A model generated the notes under the pieces. The model had not been told where the DNA came from, ran no database searches, and was given only the letters and a program-made list of their open reading frames with translations. A program made the translations under genes and the position numbers. Of a stretch of 64,000 nucleotides of DNA, positions 49,694 through 63,485 are shown in pieces. The DNA comes from an uncultured bacterium (GTDB lineage Bacteria; Patescibacteriota; CPR2; UBA1875; CAIMLA01): positions 1,563-65,562 of the forward strand of contig CAIMLA010000043.1 of the NCBI GenBank assembly GCA_903842085.1, given 5' to 3'. Within the stretch, counting starts at the first letter, position 1. Each line of letters begins with the position of its first letter.

Positions 49694-50296
49694 ATGGAAG
49701 AAAAAAATCAAGTTTTAATCCCGAGTGTTATTGAGCGAACGAATCTGGGCGAGAGAGTCTATGATATATATTCAAGGTTGTTAGAAGATAGGATTGTTTT
49801 TTTAGGGATGCCGATCGACGATATTGCTGCAAACACGGTTATTGCTCAATTGTTGTTTCTTGAACATACTGATAGCAAAAAAGACATTACAATGTATGTT
49901 AATAGTCCAGGAGGTAATGTGACAAGTGCGATGGCGATCTATGACACTATTCAATATGTCAAACCTGATGTTTCGACAGTCTGTGTTGGCATGGCAGCAA
50001 GTGCGGCTGCCTTGATCTTGACCTCTGGAGCGAAAAATAAACGTTTTGCGCTACCGAATACAAAAATTATGATTCATCAACCCATCGTGACTGGAATGGA
50101 AGGCCAAGCGACTGACATTGAAATACATGCAAAAGAATTACTGCGAACAAAAAAGCAATTAAATGAAATTCTATCTAAGCATACTGGTCAAAAAATAGAT
50201 AAAATAAATACTGATGTTGAAAGAGATTTTTTCATGACGGCCAAAGAGGCTAAAGCATATGGCATTATTGATACTATTATTGAGAGCAAAAAATAA
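49694..50296 (+). CDS. clpP: ATP-dependent Clp protease proteolytic subunit
   Basis: Ser-His-Asp catalytic triad context ([17 protein letters not shown]). The start was moved to ATG 49694 after an AGAGGAG RBS. Confidence 0.9.
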   Translation: MEEKNQVLIPSVIERTNLGERVYDIYSRLLEDRIVFLGMPIDDIAANTVIAQLLFLEHTDSKKDITMYVNSPGGNVTSAMAIYDTIQYVKPDVSTVCVGMAASAAALILTSGAKNKRFALPNTKIMIHQPIVTGMEGQATDIEIHAKELLRTKKQLNEILSKHTGQKIDKINTDVERDFFMTAKEAKAYGIIDTIIESKK

Positions 50297-50475
50297 ATGT
50301 TGACAAAATGAACAAATTAATGTAAATTTGTGAGTACGACTTTATTGGAAGATTGATAAACATTAATTTTTCGAGAAGCTCTAAAGATAAGCTGAAAAGC
50401 TAGATCAGAAAAATGTGAATAGGAAACTCCTCAAAGAGTAATATTTTTTAATTAATATAAGGAGCGGGTATTTTT

Positions 50476-53400
50476 ATGGCCAAAGAAAAAATTCCTTTCG
50501 TTGCCACGACCAGAGCCGGTCGAAAGTACTTAAATAAATCACCGAACTCACTAGTTCTACCTAATCTAATCGAAGTCCAGACCCAAAGTTTTGATTGGTT
50601 TATCAAGGATGGCTTGCAAGAGCTGTTTGATGAACTTTTCCCAATTGTAGATTACACTGGGAAGATTATGTCATTGGATGTCAAGGATTATTGGTTAGGA
50701 GAGGCTAAATATACAGAAAAAGTCGCTAAAGACAAAAAAGTATCTTACGAAGCTCCACTTAAAGCAAATGTCGAACTAACAAACGTTGAAACTGGAAAGA
50801 AAAAAATCCAAGAAGTTTTTTTGGGCGATATGCCCGTCATGACTGCTCGAGGAACCTTTATCATTAATGGGGTTGAACGAGTTGTGGTTTCACAGTTAAT
50901 CAGATCGCCAGGAGTTTTCTTCAATTCTGACACTTCGGGAAGTCGAGAACTTTTTGGTGCAAAAATCATTCCAGGGAGAGGGGCCTGGCTTGAGATTGAG
51001 ACCTCGGCCCAGAATGTCTTATATGCCAAGATCGATCGAAAAAGAAAAATTCCTATCACAACCTTGCTCCGAACGTTTGGTTTCTCTACAAACGAACAAA
51101 TCATCAATCTTTTTAAGGATGTTAACACTGATCCTGATCGGGATTATATTAAAAATGCTCTCGAGAAAGATCCTTCCGTAACTGCTGGAGAGGCCTTTGT
51201 TGAGGTCTATAAAAGAATAAGGCCTGGAGATCTAGCGACGGTTGAGAATGCTCAAAGCTATATCGAAGGTTTGTTTTTTGATATTAAAAAATATGATTTA
51301 TCGAGGGTTGGACGATACAAGATGAATAAACGTCTTGACCTTGAAGTCAAAAATGTTCGAGCAAATTATATTCTAAGGCCAGAAGATCTTATCGAAATAA
51401 TCAAAGAAGTGATTCGCCTCAATAATGGCAATGGCGTCGCTGACGATATTGACAACTTAGGCAATCGCCGCGTGAAAACAGTCGGAGAGCTTCTACAAAA
51501 TAAGTTCCGAATGGGGCTGTTGAGAGTGGAGAGAATAATCAGAGACAGAATGAGCACAAATGATCCTAACATTGTTTCTGCTAGTCAGCTGATCAATGTC
51601 CGTCCAATTGTCGCCGCGGTCAGAGAATTTTTTGCCAGTTCACAGTTATCACAATTTATGGACCAAACGAATCCTTTAAGCGAGCTGGCGCACAAACGAA
51701 AATTAAGTGCTATGGGACCAGGAGGCTTGACTAGGGAGAGAGCCGGCTTTGAAGTTCGTGATGTTCACAAAACCCATTATGGACGAATCTGTCCGATCGA
51801 AACCCCAGAAGGTCCAAATATTGGCCTGGTTAGTTCCTTATCTTCATTTTCAAGAATCAATGAATATGGCTTTATCGAGACACCATATCGAAAAGTCTTA
51901 AATAAAGTCAAAAATGACGGCAAGTCAGCCGTTGGTTACAAAGCCCTTAAAGATATCACTGACAGCAAAGAAAAAGTCTTGGTTAAGGCTGGCGTTAAAA
52001 TAGCGGCAACGGTCGCTAAAAGCGCTGCCGATAATGGTGATGATTATCTTTTAATTGAGCCAATAGCGACCAAGGAAATAGTCTACCAAACTGCCGATGA
52101 AGAAAGTCGGTTTATTATTGCTCAGGCAAAAACTGCGGTTGACGAAGAAGGAAACTTCTTAACCGACTTTGCCATTGCTAGACGAAAAGGTGAGGCAGAT
52201 GAAGTTTCAATTAGTGAGATTGACTATATTGACGTTGCCACGGAGCAACCAGTGGGAATTTCAGCCTCTTTGATTCCCTTCCTTGAACATGACGATGCGA
52301 AACGGGCCTTAATGGGTTCTAATATGCAACGTCAAGCGGTCCCTTTAATAAGGCCGGAAGCACCCTTGGTCGGGACCGGGGTAGAAGCTAAGGTTGCTGA
52401 AGACACAGGCCAAACCGTTGTCGCAAAAAAAGATGGGGAAGTAACATCTGTTACTGCCAATCAACTGATCGTGAAATACAAAGATGGTAAAGATGAAATA
52501 CATCTGCTCCATAAATTTGAACAATCAAACACAGACACTTGTATCAACCAAAAAACCGTCGTTGACAAAGGCCAGAAATTTAAAAAAGGAGACCTTCTTG
52601 TCGATGGAGCAGCGATGGAACTAGGCGAAGTTGCTCTGGGCCAAAACGTAGTGGCCGCTTTTATGTGTATGGAAGGGGGAACCTTCGAGGATGCTATCAT
52701 TATCTCTGAAAGACTGGTCAAAGATGATCGCTATACCTCTATTCACTTAGAAGAATTTCCAGTAGATGTTCGTGATACAAAATTAGGACCTGAAATTATT
52801 ACGAGAGATATCCCCAATGTTGGTGAGGAAGCATTAAAAGATTTGGATGAAGGTGGGATCGTCCGCATCGGCGCCGAAGTTGTGGCCGGAGATATCTTAG
52901 TTGGAAAGATTACGCCAAAAGGGGAGACCGAGCTAACCGCCGAAGAAAGATTACTCCGAGCGATCTTTGGTGAAAAAGCGAGAGACGTCAAAGACAGTTC
53001 TCTAAGGGTTTCGCCAGGCGTTCACGGCAAAGTTATTGAGATTAAGATAAAGAGTCGAGATAAAGGTGACGAATTGCCAGTCGGGGTTATCAGGCAAGTC
53101 TTTGTTACAATCGCTCAAATGAGAAAAATCGCGGTTGGGGATAAGATGGCTGGAAGGCATGGTAACAAGGGCGTTATCGCCAGTGTTTTACCAGAAGAAG
53201 AGATGCCTTACTTAGAAGACGGCCGACCTGTCGATATTATCCTAAATCCAATGGGGGTAATCTCTAGAATGAATTTCGGACAAGTCTTAGAAACCCATCT
53301 TGGTTGGGCCGCTAAAGCCCTTGGTCTTAAAATAGCGACGCCAGTATTTGATGGGGTCACAATAGAACAAATTAAAGGCTTGTTAAAAGAAGCAGGACTG

Positions 53401-54003
53401 CCAGAAGATGGTCGAGTCCAGCTCTATGATGGAAGATCAGGAGAACCATTTACAGAACGAACCGTCGTTGGTGTTAAATATATGTTGAAACTTCTTCATC
53501 TAGTCGAAGATAAGATACATGCCAGATCGATCGGACCATACGCGATGGTCACACAACAACCCTTGGGTGGTAAAGCCCAATTTGGTGGACAGAGATTTGG
53601 GGAGATGGAAGTGTGGGCTTTGGAAGCCTATGGGGCCGCTCATATTTTACAGGAAGTCTTAACGATTAAATCGGATGATGTTGTCGGACGATCAAAAGCC
53701 TACGAATCAGTCATTAAGGGCGAAGATATCAAAGAACCGCGCATTCCAGAATCGTTTAATGTCCTAGTAAAAGAACTCCAAGGCCTTGGTCTGGCTGTTG
53801 AATTAGTCCAAGAAGAAGGAGACAAGATAAAGGAGATTGAGGCAGAAGAGATAATCGAAGAAATTTACGAAGAAAACATAGAAGCCTTGAAGAACACAGA
53901 CTTAATCGTCGGGAACGAAGCCGAAAAGAAACTTCCCATGGTCGACATCACTGACGAAGAAGCAAAAGATGATTTTGAAATTTTGGAAAAAGTTGATGAA
54001 TAA
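50476..54003 (+). CDS. rpoB: DNA-directed RNA polymerase beta subunit
   Basis: 1175 aa with the conserved beta-subunit regions, for example the NMQRQAVPL region. Confidence 0.97.
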   Translation: MAKEKIPFVATTRAGRKYLNKSPNSLVLPNLIEVQTQSFDWFIKDGLQELFDELFPIVDYTGKIMSLDVKDYWLGEAKYTEKVAKDKKVSYEAPLKANVELTNVETGKKKIQEVFLGDMPVMTARGTFIINGVERVVVSQLIRSPGVFFNSDTSGSRELFGAKIIPGRGAWLEIETSAQNVLYAKIDRKRKIPITTLLRTFGFSTNEQIINLFKDVNTDPDRDYIKNALEKDPSVTAGEAFVEVYKRIRPGDLATVENAQSYIEGLFFDIKKYDLSRVGRYKMNKRLDLEVKNVRANYILRPEDLIEIIKEVIRLNNGNGVADDIDNLGNRRVKTVGELLQNKFRMGLLRVERIIRDRMSTNDPNIVSASQLINVRPIVAAVREFFASSQLSQFMDQTNPLSELAHKRKLSAMGPGGLTRERAGFEVRDVHKTHYGRICPIETPEGPNIGLVSSLSSFSRINEYGFIETPYRKVLNKVKNDGKSAVGYKALKDITDSKEKVLVKAGVKIAATVAKSAADNGDDYLLIEPIATKEIVYQTADEESRFIIAQAKTAVDEEGNFLTDFAIARRKGEADEVSISEIDYIDVATEQPVGISASLIPFLEHDDAKRALMGSNMQRQAVPLIRPEAPLVGTGVEAKVAEDTGQTVVAKKDGEVTSVTANQLIVKYKDGKDEIHLLHKFEQSNTDTCINQKTVVDKGQKFKKGDLLVDGAAMELGEVALGQNVVAAFMCMEGGTFEDAIIISERLVKDDRYTSIHLEEFPVDVRDTKLGPEIITRDIPNVGEEALKDLDEGGIVRIGAEVVAGDILVGKITPKGETELTAEERLLRAIFGEKARDVKDSSLRVSPGVHGKVIEIKIKSRDKGDELPVGVIRQVFVTIAQMRKIAVGDKMAGRHGNKGVIASVLPEEEMPYLEDGRPVDIILNPMGVISRMNFGQVLETHLGWAAKALGLKIATPVFDGVTIEQIKGLLKEAGLPEDGRVQLYDGRSGEPFTERTVVGVKYMLKLLHLVEDKIHARSIGPYAMVTQQPLGGKAQFGGQRFGEMEVWALEAYGAAHILQEVLTIKSDDVVGRSKAYESVIKGEDIKEPRIPESFNVLVKELQGLGLAVELVQEEGDKIKEIEAEEIIEEIYEENIEALKNTDLIVGNEAEKKLPMVDITDEEAKDDFEILEKVDE

Positions 54004-54015
54004 AAGAGGTGCAAA

Positions 54016-57000
54016 GTGATAATAAACGAGACAAAAAACGATAATTTCCAAGCCGTCAAATTGATGGTTGCTTCCCCGGAGCATATCTTGCAATGGTCAC
54101 GAGGAGAAATTACCAAACCTGAAACTATAAACTATAGAACCCTCAAACCGGAAAAAGATGGTTTATTTTGCGAAAGAATCTTCGGCCCGTCGAGAGACTG
54201 GGAATGCTATTGCGGTAAATATAAACGAATTAGGTATAAGGGCGTTGTGTGTGAGCGTTGCGGGGTAGAAGTAACCCGATCTATTGTTAGAAGAGAAAGA
54301 ATGGGTCATATTAAATTATCTGTACCGGTCACTCATATTTGGTTTTTACGAGGCACTCCAAGCTCGATTGGACTAACTTTAAATTTATCAGTTCGTGATC
54401 TTGAAAAAGTGGTTTATTTTGCAAATTTTGTTGTTTTAGACGTGAACGAAGAAGCAAAAGCAAATGCTCTAAAACAAATTAACGAAGAGTTCAAAAAGAG
54501 AAAAACTGAGCTTGAAAACAAGACCCAAGATCAAGCGGAGCTTCTGACAATGGTTGAGGACCTAGAGCAATATCGAGATAGTGCTCATGAAGAATTAAAT
54601 CAACTCCAAGTCATGGAAATAATTTCAGAATCACGTTTTCGAGAGCTATCGATGAAATATGGGGAAGTCTTCCGTGCCGGAATTGGTGCAGAAGCGATCC
54701 AAGAACTTTTAACTAAAATCGACCTCGATTCATTAGCAAAAACCTTAAAATATGAAGTTGATAACTCACAAGGAGTCAAACGGAAAAAGTCACTCAAAAG
54801 GTTGAAGCTAATCGAGGGCTTTGTTAATGCCAAGATCCGTCCTGAATGGATGATTTTAACGGTTTTACCAGTCATTCCACCAGATCTAAGACCGATGGTT
54901 CAACTTGATGGTGGTCGTTTTGCTACCTCAGACTTAAATGATTTATACCGTCGGGTCATCAATCGAAATAATCGTCTTAAGAGATTATTAGATATGGATG
55001 CGCCAGAGGTTATCTGTCGGAATGAAAAGCGAATGTTACAAGAAGCCGTCGATGCTTTGATCGATAATGGGGCCAGAAGAGACAAAAATGTCGCGACTGC
55101 AACCTCTCGAAGAAAACTCCGTTCTCTGGCTGATATGTTAAAAGGGAAACAGGGCCGATTTAGGCAGAATCTATTAGGAAAACGTGTTGATTATTCGGGC
55201 AGGTCAGTGATTGTGGTCGGGCCGGAATTAAAGCTACATGAATGTGGTTTGCCTAAAATGATGGCGCTAGAACTCTTCAAGCCGTTTGTCATGTCAAAAT
55301 TAATTGTTGGTGGCTTTGCTCATAACGTCAAAAGTGCGAGCCGAATGATAGAACGGAGTAAAAACGAAGTCTGGGATGCCCTCGACGAAGTAATCACCGA
55401 TAAATACGTTTTATTAAATCGAGCACCAACTTTACATCGACTCGGAATTCAAGCTTTTAAACCTGTCTTAATCGAAGGTAAAGCGATCCAAATTCATCCT
55501 TTAGTCTGCGCTGCCTTTAATGCTGACTTTGACGGAGATCAAATGGCCGTTCATGTGCCTTTATCGCAAGCGGCCCAAAAAGAAGCCAAGGAAATAATGC
55601 TTTCAACCAATAATCTCCTCAAGCCAGCCGCTGGGGAGCCAGTCGTAAAGCCAAGTCAGGATATGGTTCTTGGAATCTATTGGATGACGATTGCCGAAGA
55701 ATCAGATCCTAAAGAGCTTAAATCATATAGTGATAAAGAAGAAGCGATTACAGCCTACGATGATCGTCAATTATCATTAAGAAAAATTATCAGGATTAAG
55801 GTCAATGAGGACTTTATCGAAACAACAGTCGGTCGTTTGATCTTTAATGATATTATGCCAAAAGAGATCGGTTATATTAACGAGGCTCTAGATTCAAAGA
55901 AGCTTAGTCAGATCGTCGATCGTGTCTACAAAATTTGTGGTCAGGAAGCGACGGTTACTCTTGTAGATCAAATCAAATTACTAGGGTTTCGCTATTCGAC
56001 AAAATCAGGGCTTTCATTTTCTATGGACGATCTAGAGATACCCGCAGATAAAAAGCAAACCTTAAAAGAGTTTGAAGAAAAAGAAAACCATATCCATCAA
56101 CAGTACTTCCAAGGGCTTATTACCGAAGAGGAAAAGACGACCAAGGTTATTGAGATTTGGACTGAAGCTCGAGAAAAGCTGCAAAAAGATATGGAAATAC
56201 AAATGGATCATAACGGTAGCTCATATCTAATGATGGCTTCTGGGGCTAGAGGAAAAATGGGTCAATTTTCGCAGATGGCCGGGATGAAAGGCTTAGTCGT
56301 GAATGCTGTCGGGCGTATTATTGAGCTTCCAATCAAGTCTAACTTTAAAGAAGGCTTGTCTTCGCTAGAATTTTTCATCTCAACTCATGGGGCGAGAAAG
56401 GGGCTATCGGATACAGCCTTGAAAACTTCAGATTCAGGCTATTTGACTCGACGACTAGTCGATGTTTCCCAAGACGTGATCGTGACCGAAAAAGATTGCG
56501 GCAGTAAAGAATCAGCGGTCATTTCCAGAGCAGAATCTAAAATGATCGGTGAAGATTTTTCTTTCAGAATCAAAGGCCGGGTTTTGGCCAAAAATGTCGT
56601 TAACGACAAAAATGGGGAAATTGTGGCCAAGAAGGGCACAATGATTGACGATGAGATTTTTGCGAAGATAGACAATGCCAATATTGACGAAGTCTTTATC
56701 CGCTCTGTCTCTGGCTGTCATTCAACCTGGGGTATTTGTCAACAGTGTTATGGGGTTGATTTAGCCAAAGGCTGGTTGATTCATCTTGGTGAAGCTGTCG
56801 GCATTATCGCGGCTCAATCCATTGGTGAGCCTGGAACTCAGTTAACGATGAGAACTTTCCATGCTGGTGGTGTCGCCGGGGCTGATATTACCCAGGGTTT
56901 GCCTAGGGTTGAAGAGCTTTTTGAAGCCAGAACGCCAAAAGGCCAAGCAATCTTATCGGAAATTGAAGGCCGAGTTCATATTGAACGAAACCATGATAAA

Positions 57001-57765
57001 AAAATGTTAGAAGTCATGTCCCTTGAGCTAAATGAAGAAGTCTACGATGCAACCGGGTATGAAATTGAGGTTAAGAACAATAAATTTGTTGAAATCAAAG
57101 ATATCTTAGCCACAAAAGATGGTAAAAAACCAATCAAGGCCAAAAGCGCCGGTACAATTAAAATCAAGGATCATGAAATACACTTGATCAAAGAGGCGGA
57201 CGCAAAGGTCTATGAACTCTCTAATCGGGTTGGACTACTCGTCTCCGATGGGGACACAGTTACTCGTGGTCAGGCTTTAACAGAGGGTTCCTGGAATTTG
57301 GGCGAGGCCTTAAAGCTTTTGGGGGAGCTGGCGATCCAACGTTATATTGTCAAAGAAGTCCAACAAATCTACGCCTCTGAGGGACAAACAATTAATGATA
57401 AGCACATTGAGATTATTATTAGACAAATGTTTAGTCGTTGTCGTATTGACGAAACCAATGATACCCCGTTTGTAGTCGGTGAAATCGTCTCACGAACCGC
57501 TTTGAATCGAGCCAATAAAGCGGCGGTAAAAAAAGGTGGAAAGCCAGCCGATTCAACGAACTTGTTACTCTCGATATCAAAGGTAGCTTTAACAACCGAT
57601 AGCTTTTTATCGGCTGCATCGTTCCAAGAAACCAGTAAAGTTCTGATTGGGGCGGCCGTGGCCGGTAAGGTCGACGACCTTCATGGTTTAAAAGAAAACG
57701 TAATTATTGGTAAACTTATCCCAGCTGGCACAGGTTTTAAAGAAACCTTGACGGAAAAGGAATAA
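54016..57765 (+). CDS. rpoC: DNA-directed RNA polymerase beta-prime subunit
   Basis: Zinc-finger cysteines ([23 protein letters not shown]) and the catalytic NADFDGDQM motif. 1249 aa. Confidence 0.97.
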   Translation: MIINETKNDNFQAVKLMVASPEHILQWSRGEITKPETINYRTLKPEKDGLFCERIFGPSRDWECYCGKYKRIRYKGVVCERCGVEVTRSIVRRERMGHIKLSVPVTHIWFLRGTPSSIGLTLNLSVRDLEKVVYFANFVVLDVNEEAKANALKQINEEFKKRKTELENKTQDQAELLTMVEDLEQYRDSAHEELNQLQVMEIISESRFRELSMKYGEVFRAGIGAEAIQELLTKIDLDSLAKTLKYEVDNSQGVKRKKSLKRLKLIEGFVNAKIRPEWMILTVLPVIPPDLRPMVQLDGGRFATSDLNDLYRRVINRNNRLKRLLDMDAPEVICRNEKRMLQEAVDALIDNGARRDKNVATATSRRKLRSLADMLKGKQGRFRQNLLGKRVDYSGRSVIVVGPELKLHECGLPKMMALELFKPFVMSKLIVGGFAHNVKSASRMIERSKNEVWDALDEVITDKYVLLNRAPTLHRLGIQAFKPVLIEGKAIQIHPLVCAAFNADFDGDQMAVHVPLSQAAQKEAKEIMLSTNNLLKPAAGEPVVKPSQDMVLGIYWMTIAEESDPKELKSYSDKEEAITAYDDRQLSLRKIIRIKVNEDFIETTVGRLIFNDIMPKEIGYINEALDSKKLSQIVDRVYKICGQEATVTLVDQIKLLGFRYSTKSGLSFSMDDLEIPADKKQTLKEFEEKENHIHQQYFQGLITEEEKTTKVIEIWTEAREKLQKDMEIQMDHNGSSYLMMASGARGKMGQFSQMAGMKGLVVNAVGRIIELPIKSNFKEGLSSLEFFISTHGARKGLSDTALKTSDSGYLTRRLVDVSQDVIVTEKDCGSKESAVISRAESKMIGEDFSFRIKGRVLAKNVVNDKNGEIVAKKGTMIDDEIFAKIDNANIDEVFIRSVSGCHSTWGICQQCYGVDLAKGWLIHLGEAVGIIAAQSIGEPGTQLTMRTFHAGGVAGADITQGLPRVEELFEARTPKGQAILSEIEGRVHIERNHDKKMLEVMSLELNEEVYDATGYEIEVKNNKFVEIKDILATKDGKKPIKAKSAGTIKIKDHEIHLIKEADAKVYELSNRVGLLVSDGDTVTRGQALTEGSWNLGEALKLLGELAIQRYIVKEVQQIYASEGQTINDKHIEIIIRQMFSRCRIDETNDTPFVVGEIVSRTALNRANKAAVKKGGKPADSTNLLLSISKVALTTDSFLSAASFQETSKVLIGAAVAGKVDDLHGLKENVIIGKLIPAGTGFKETLTEKE

Positions 57766-57798
57766 GTTGCTAAAATTCTTAGGATTTAAAGGAGAAAA

Positions 57799-58206
57799 AT
57801 GCCCACAATTAATCAATTAATCAAAAACCCGCGAAAGACAACAGTTAAAAAATCTAAGTCTCCAGCTTTGCAAAAAGGCTACAACGCGCTGAAAAATAAA
57901 GTGGTTCCGGCTGCCAGCCCTCAAAAAAGAGGGGTCTGCGTGAAAGTAACGACTCAAACGCCGAAGAAACCGAACTCAGCTTTACGAAAGATTGCCCGGG
58001 TTAGACTCTCAAATCAAATGGAAGTTACCGCCTATATTCCCGGGACAGGACATAACTTACAGGAACATAGCGTTGTTACGATTAGGGGCGGCAGGGTAAA
58101 AGATTTACCTGGGGTTCGTTATCATATCGTTCGAGGATCGCTCGATACCAGTGGTGTTGCAAATCGGAAACAAGGTCGAAGCAGATATGGAGCTAAAAAA
58201 AGTTAA
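57799..58206 (+). CDS. rpsL: 30S ribosomal protein S12
   Basis: MPTINQLIK...[10 protein letters not shown] is characteristic of S12. Confidence 0.95.
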   Translation: MPTINQLIKNPRKTTVKKSKSPALQKGYNALKNKVVPAASPQKRGVCVKVTTQTPKKPNSALRKIARVRLSNQMEVTAYIPGTGHNLQEHSVVTIRGGRVKDLPGVRYHIVRGSLDTSGVANRKQGRSRYGAKKS

Positions 58207-58215
58207 GGAGAATAA

Positions 58216-58692
58216 ATGCCAAGAGATCCTAGAAAAGTTGCCAAGAGAAAACTAGACCCAGATATGAAATACCAAAGTATCTTGGTCACAAAATTTATAA
58301 ATAAAATTATGCTAGATGGCAAAAAAGCCTTAGCCACAAATCTTGTCTATGGTGCTTTTGAACAAATCGAAAAAGATACTGGAAAACCAGCTCTAGAAAT
58401 TTTCGAACAAGCGATAAAAAATGTTTCGCCAGTTCTGCAAGTTAAATCACGCAGAATTGGTGGCGCCAATTATCAAGTCCCAATGGAAGTCAAAGGACAA
58501 AGACGACTTCACTACGGATTCGTCTGGATTAGAGAAGCGGCGAGAAGCCGTTCCGGCGTCTCTTATGATAAGGCCTTAGCCCAAGAAATCATTGATGCTT
58601 ATAAAAATACTGGTACCGCCATCAAGAAAAGAGAAGAGACACACAAGATGGCAGAGGCGAACAAAGCCTTTGCTCACTTTGCTCGGTACTAA
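58216..58692 (+). CDS. rpsG: 30S ribosomal protein S7
   Basis: MPRDPRKVAKRKLDPD... with the conserved S7 core. Confidence 0.95.
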   Translation: MPRDPRKVAKRKLDPDMKYQSILVTKFINKIMLDGKKALATNLVYGAFEQIEKDTGKPALEIFEQAIKNVSPVLQVKSRRIGGANYQVPMEVKGQRRLHYGFVWIREAARSRSGVSYDKALAQEIIDAYKNTGTAIKKREETHKMAEANKAFAHFARY

Positions 58693-58745
58693 AAAACAGG
58701 GAAAATAAAAAAGAAATGATCTTTTAGATTTGGAAAGAGGAATAA

Positions 58746-60845
58746 ATGGCGCGAGAATACAGCTTAGAAAAAACTAGAAATATCGGGACAATCGCTCACA
58801 TTGATGCGGGCAAAACAACGGTTACCGAGGGTATTTTGTATATTACTGGACGAGTCCACAAAATTGGTGAGGTCCACGAAGGTGAAGCCACGATGGATTG
58901 GATGGAACAGGAGCGAGAAAGAGGCATTACTATTACTTCAGCCGCGACCACTTGTTTTTGGAATAATCACCGGATTAACATTATTGATACACCAGGACAT
59001 GTTGATTTTACGGTTGAGGTTGAACGATCATTAAGGGTTTTGGACGGCGCTGTTGTTATCTTAGACGGGAAAATGGGCGTTGAGCCACAGAGTGAAACCG
59101 TCTGGCGCCAAGCCGATAAATATAATGTTCCTCGAATGTTTTTTGCAAATAAGATAAATCAAACCGGTGGCGATTTTTACAAAAGTCTTGCGTCAGTCCG
59201 GGAGCGATTATCTAAAAATGCCTATCCAATCCAATTACCGATTGGGTTTGAGCAAAGCATGTCTGGGGCGGTTGATCTAGTTGAAATGAAAGCCTATAAA
59301 TATAAAGAATATACTGATAAAAAACTAGAAGAAACCGAGATCCCAGCAGACATGCTTGATAAAGTCAAAAAATACCGTGAAGAATTAATCGAAAAAGTCG
59401 TCGAGTACGACGATGACGCGATGGAAAAATATCTAGCTGGAGAAGAACTCTCAGTCCCAGAGTTAAAAAAATTAATTCGTAAAGCCACCGTTTCAGGTGA
59501 ATTCTTCCCCTTATTAGGCGGAGATGGTCGAGGCGTGGTTGTCTCTTTACTTGTTGATGCGATTATTGATTACTTGCCATCACCACTTGAGGCTAAACCA
59601 GCGATGGCCACTGATCCAAAAACAGGCGAAGAGATAGAGATTAAGGCGAATGATGAAGAGCCTTTTGCGGCTCTTGCTTTCAAAGTTGCGGCAGACCCCT
59701 TTGTTGGGAAATTAATCTTTTTTAGAACCTATCGAGGGACTCTAAAAAAAGGTTCATATATCATTAATGCGACGACCGGCAATAAAGAAAGAATCGGACG
59801 AATCGTCCGATTACATTCAAATCATCGTGAAGAAGTTGAAGAAGTCTTTTCTGGTGAAATTGCGGCTGCGGTTGGTCTTGGGAAAACAACAACCGGTGAT
59901 ACTTTATGTGACGTAAATAATGTGGTCGTTTTAGAAAATATCGTTTTCCCAGAACCAGTTATCGAGATTGCGATTGAACCGAAGACAAAGGCCGACCAAG
60001 AAAAAATGGGATTAGCTCTTTCCAGATTAGCCGAAGAGGACCCAACTTTTAGAGTTAAAACTGATGATGAAACCAGCCAAACAATCATTTCTGGAATGGG
60101 GGAATTACACTTAGATATCATCGTTGATCGGATGAAGAGAGAATTTAAAGTTGAAGCTAATATTGGTAAACCACAAGTTGCTTATAGAGAAACGATTAAG
60201 TCTAAAGTTCAACAGGAAGGTAAATTTATTCGACAATCTGGTGGTCGTGGACAATATGGCCATGTTTGGCTTGAAATCGAACCTCAAGAAAAAGGTCTTG
60301 GTTATGAATTTATAAACAAGATTGTTGGTGGCTCAATTCCAAGAGAATATATCAATCCAGTCGAAAACGGCATTAAAGAAGCAATGGCAAATGGCGTTAT
60401 CGCCGGCTATCCGGTCGTCGATGTCAAAATAACCCTATATGATGGCTCATTCCATGAAGTTGATTCTTCGGAAATGGCCTTCAAAATCGCTGGTTCAATC
60501 GCCTTCCAAGAGGGAGTGCGAAAGGCCAAAGCGATCATCTTAGAACCGATTATGAAAGTTGAAGCCACGGTCCCAGAAGAATATATGGGTGATATTATGG
60601 GAGACCTAAATTCCAAACGAGGCCGAATTCAGCAAATGTCTGATCGAGGGAATGCCAAAGTGGTTGATGCTCTAGTCCCACTAGCTGAGATGTTTGGGTA
60701 TGCAACCAACCTACGTTCGATGACTCAAGGACGAGGTAACTACACGATGGAATTTGACCATTATGAAGAAGTACCAAGGAATGTCGCAGAAGAAATAATT
60801 GCCAAAAGAGGCAAGAAGCCAGTAGAAGCAGATGAAAAGTCATAA
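58746..60845 (+). CDS. fusA: Elongation factor G
   Basis: G-domain motifs [14 protein letters not shown] and NKID; 699 aa. Confidence 0.95.
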   Translation: MAREYSLEKTRNIGTIAHIDAGKTTVTEGILYITGRVHKIGEVHEGEATMDWMEQERERGITITSAATTCFWNNHRINIIDTPGHVDFTVEVERSLRVLDGAVVILDGKMGVEPQSETVWRQADKYNVPRMFFANKINQTGGDFYKSLASVRERLSKNAYPIQLPIGFEQSMSGAVDLVEMKAYKYKEYTDKKLEETEIPADMLDKVKKYREELIEKVVEYDDDAMEKYLAGEELSVPELKKLIRKATVSGEFFPLLGGDGRGVVVSLLVDAIIDYLPSPLEAKPAMATDPKTGEEIEIKANDEEPFAALAFKVAADPFVGKLIFFRTYRGTLKKGSYIINATTGNKERIGRIVRLHSNHREEVEEVFSGEIAAAVGLGKTTTGDTLCDVNNVVVLENIVFPEPVIEIAIEPKTKADQEKMGLALSRLAEEDPTFRVKTDDETSQTIISGMGELHLDIIVDRMKREFKVEANIGKPQVAYRETIKSKVQQEGKFIRQSGGRGQYGHVWLEIEPQEKGLGYEFINKIVGGSIPREYINPVENGIKEAMANGVIAGYPVVDVKITLYDGSFHEVDSSEMAFKIAGSIAFQEGVRKAKAIILEPIMKVEATVPEEYMGDIMGDLNSKRGRIQQMSDRGNAKVVDALVPLAEMFGYATNLRSMTQGRGNYTMEFDHYEEVPRNVAEEIIAKRGKKPVEADEKS

Positions 60846-61008
60846 AAAACAGTTGCAGAAAAGTGAAAATTATAGTAAATTATGTGAGCGAGAATTAAAT
60901 AGCTAATGATCCACGCGGGTAGGGAGTGTGGGAAAATTTGTTTAGTCAAAAATATTAAAAAATACCGCAAAAAGAGCGGCTCGGCTATTGGCCGAAAAGG
61001 AGAACGAC

Positions 61009-62184
61009 ATGGCAGAAACATTTCAAAGAACTAAGCCACATGTCAATGTAGGAACCATTGGCCACGTTGATCATGGGAAGACAACCTTGACTGCCGCTAT
61101 TCTAAAAGTCCTTGGGGACAAAGGAATGGCTAAAGTTGAGAAATTTGAAGAAATTGATAGTGCACCCGAGGAAAGAGAACGTGGTATTACGATTGCGACT
61201 CATCACTCAGAATATGAGACAGAGAAACGCCATTATGCTCACGTTGACTGTCCAGGACATGCTGATTATGTTAAAAACATGATTACTGGAGCAGCTCAAA
61301 TGGACGGCGCAATCTTGGTTGTTGCAGCTACTGATGGTCCTATGCCTCAAACCAGAGAGCACTTACTCTTAGCTAAACAAGTTGGTGTACCAAAGATTGT
61401 CGTTTATATGAACAAAGTTGATCAGGTCTCTGATCCAGAAATGCTTGATCTAGTAGAAATGGAGATCAGGGAACTTTTGACAAAATATGAATATGACGGC
61501 GATAATGCGCCTATTATCAAAGGGTCTGCACTAAAAGCTTATGAAGGCGATGCAGAAGCCCAAAAATCAATTATGGAACTTTTAGATGCTCTTGATACTT
61601 ATATTCCAGAACCGGTTCGTGATATTTCTAAACCTTTCATGATGGCAGTAGAAGATGTTTTCTCGATCAAGGGACGAGGGACGGTTGCGACTGGTCGTAT
61701 CGAAAAAGGTGTAGTGAAAATTAACGAAGAAATTGAAATCGTTGGGATCAAACCAACCCGAAAAACTGTTGTTACCGGGATTGAAATGTTTAAAAAACAA
61801 CTTGATCAAGGTCAAGCGGGTGATAATGCCGGAGTTTTACTGCGAGGCATAGAAAAAGCAGATATCGAGCGTGGAATGGTTCTTGCAAAACCCGGCTCAA
61901 TTACACCCCATACAGAATTTGATGCAGAAGTATATATTCTAACCAAAGAAGAGGGTGGAAGACATACTCCATTCTTCAAAGGTTATAAACCTCAATTCTA
62001 CATTAGAACAACTGACGTTACCGGTGAGATCACTTTCGACGGCGAAATGATTATGCCTGGTGATCGAGTTAAGATGGGCGTCAAATTGATTCAACCAATT
62101 GCGATCGAAGAAGGATTAAACTTCGCGATTCGTGAAGGTGGTAGAACTGTAGGCTCAGGTATCGTAACAAAGATTAACAAATAA
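61009..62184 (+). CDS. tuf: Elongation factor Tu
   Basis: [27 protein letters not shown]. The start was moved to ATG 61009, 6 nt after an AAAAGGAG RBS; the track's TTG 60988 is less likely. Confidence 0.95.
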   Translation: MAETFQRTKPHVNVGTIGHVDHGKTTLTAAILKVLGDKGMAKVEKFEEIDSAPEERERGITIATHHSEYETEKRHYAHVDCPGHADYVKNMITGAAQMDGAILVVAATDGPMPQTREHLLLAKQVGVPKIVVYMNKVDQVSDPEMLDLVEMEIRELLTKYEYDGDNAPIIKGSALKAYEGDAEAQKSIMELLDALDTYIPEPVRDISKPFMMAVEDVFSIKGRGTVATGRIEKGVVKINEEIEIVGIKPTRKTVVTGIEMFKKQLDQGQAGDNAGVLLRGIEKADIERGMVLAKPGSITPHTEFDAEVYILTKEEGGRHTPFFKGYKPQFYIRTTDVTGEITFDGEMIMPGDRVKMGVKLIQPIAIEEGLNFAIREGGRTVGSGIVTKINK

Positions 62185-62192
62185 TAATCATA

Positions 62193-62513
62193 ATGGCCGA
62201 AGAAAAAACAAAACAACGAATTAGGATAAAGCTTAAAGCCTATGACCACAAGATCATAGATCAATCTTCGGTTCAGATTATCGAAGCGGCTGAACGTAGT
62301 GGAGCCATCGTTATGGGTCCAATCCCTCTACCAACAGATCGTAGTCCGATTACGGTGTTACGAGCAAGTAATATCGATAAAGATTCTAGGGAGCAGTTTG
62401 AGATGAAAGTTCACAAAAGACTGATCGATATTACAGACTATACTAACAAAACCGTCGATGCTTTAATGAACATCAATCTTCCTGCCGGAGTCGATATCGA
62501 AATCAAAATGTAA
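62193..62513 (+). CDS. rpsJ: 30S ribosomal protein S10
   Basis: [18 protein letters not shown]...THNKTVDAL-like core; 106 aa. Confidence 0.95.
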   Translation: MAEEKTKQRIRIKLKAYDHKIIDQSSVQIIEAAERSGAIVMGPIPLPTDRSPITVLRASNIDKDSREQFEMKVHKRLIDITDYTNKTVDALMNINLPAGVDIEIKM

Positions 62514-62549
62514 AGAGCTTAAAACCTTTTATATTGTACGAACACTTGT

Positions 62550-63134
62550 TTGAATGATAAAACCGCTATTGGGGTCGTGACCGAAAAGATCTCAAACACA
62601 ACTGATCAATACCGAGTCCAATACGAAGGTAAAGCGATCGTCAAAGTCTCTATCGAAAATGGTGCTATCACCGCCGGCGATCTTCTTACGACTTCTGCCA
62701 CTAACCCAGGCACTGTCGTTAAAGCAACTGAGACCTCAACGGTCACTCTTGGCTTAGCCCTAGAATCAATCGCTGTGGATGGGGAAATGGCGATTATGTT
62801 ACGAACTTCGTATGTTACAGCAGCGGGTAACTCTGTTTTGTCTGAAACCCCTGGAGACGTCAAGGTAGCTGGTACTGGCAAACTATATTTTGGTGATGCC
62901 GAGACATATTATTTTTCTTTGAATGGCACTACGCTAGAATTAAATACGGCATTTAAAGCAAGTGGAGATTTTGAAACTTCTGGTTCTTTTTCACTCGGTG
63001 GTGGAATAACTTGGTCAAAGGGGGCTGGCGCGCCGACTGGAACTTGTACAACCGGGAGTATGTACAGTCGGGTTGACGGCTCTGCTGGATCAACACTCTA
63101 TGTTTGCGAAAAGGGCGCTTGGATTGCAAAGTAA
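62550..63134 (+). CDS. Hypothetical Thr/Gly/Ser-rich protein with C-terminal Cys pair (no signal peptide; TTG start; no clear SD)
   Basis: The ORF is open only from 62523 and lies 36 nt after rpsJ. Its composition is beta-rich. It ends ...CTTGSMYSRVDGSAGSTLYVCEKGAWIAK. Its status as a real gene is uncertain. Confidence 0.4.
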   Translation: MNDKTAIGVVTEKISNTTDQYRVQYEGKAIVKVSIENGAITAGDLLTTSATNPGTVVKATETSTVTLGLALESIAVDGEMAIMLRTSYVTAAGNSVLSETPGDVKVAGTGKLYFGDAETYYFSLNGTTLELNTAFKASGDFETSGSFSLGGGITWSKGAGAPTGTCTTGSMYSRVDGSAGSTLYVCEKGAWIAK

Positions 63135-63485
63135 TTTTCTTAGACACTCTATCGATAGATCTTTTTAATAAGGACGAGGATGACAAAAAGCAGAAATCAA
63201 TTACTATGCTTTTCGACTTTTTTATCTCTGGGAAAAAAACCTAAAAACGGCTCATTTTATCTTTCTAGTCTGACGAGACCTGCAGACGACTGATTGATCG
63301 AGGCAATCGAGGACAGTTCTCCAACTTCTCGGCTCATTGCAGTCGTTCTAAGGATTAAGAGGTGCTATATAGTTTGAGACTATCGAGAGCCAATGAAGGG
63401 CTTATTCTTTTTACCGATACGACTTATTAAGTAATATGGTTAATATAATAATGTATAAAATTGACAGATATGATAAGATTTTTTT

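Noticed and set aside
50313-50333. AT-rich palindrome acaaatt-aatgt-aaatttgt upstream of rpoB as an operator
   Set aside because: Short AT-only palindromes are frequent by chance in this AT-rich genome, and there is no supporting context.
62940-63485. Possibility that ORF 62550-63134 is a diversity-generating retroelement target with a C-terminal variable repeat
   Set aside because: No reverse transcriptase is present. The following 350 bp show no template-repeat-like copy of the ORF 3' end, and there is no adenine-biased mismatch pattern.
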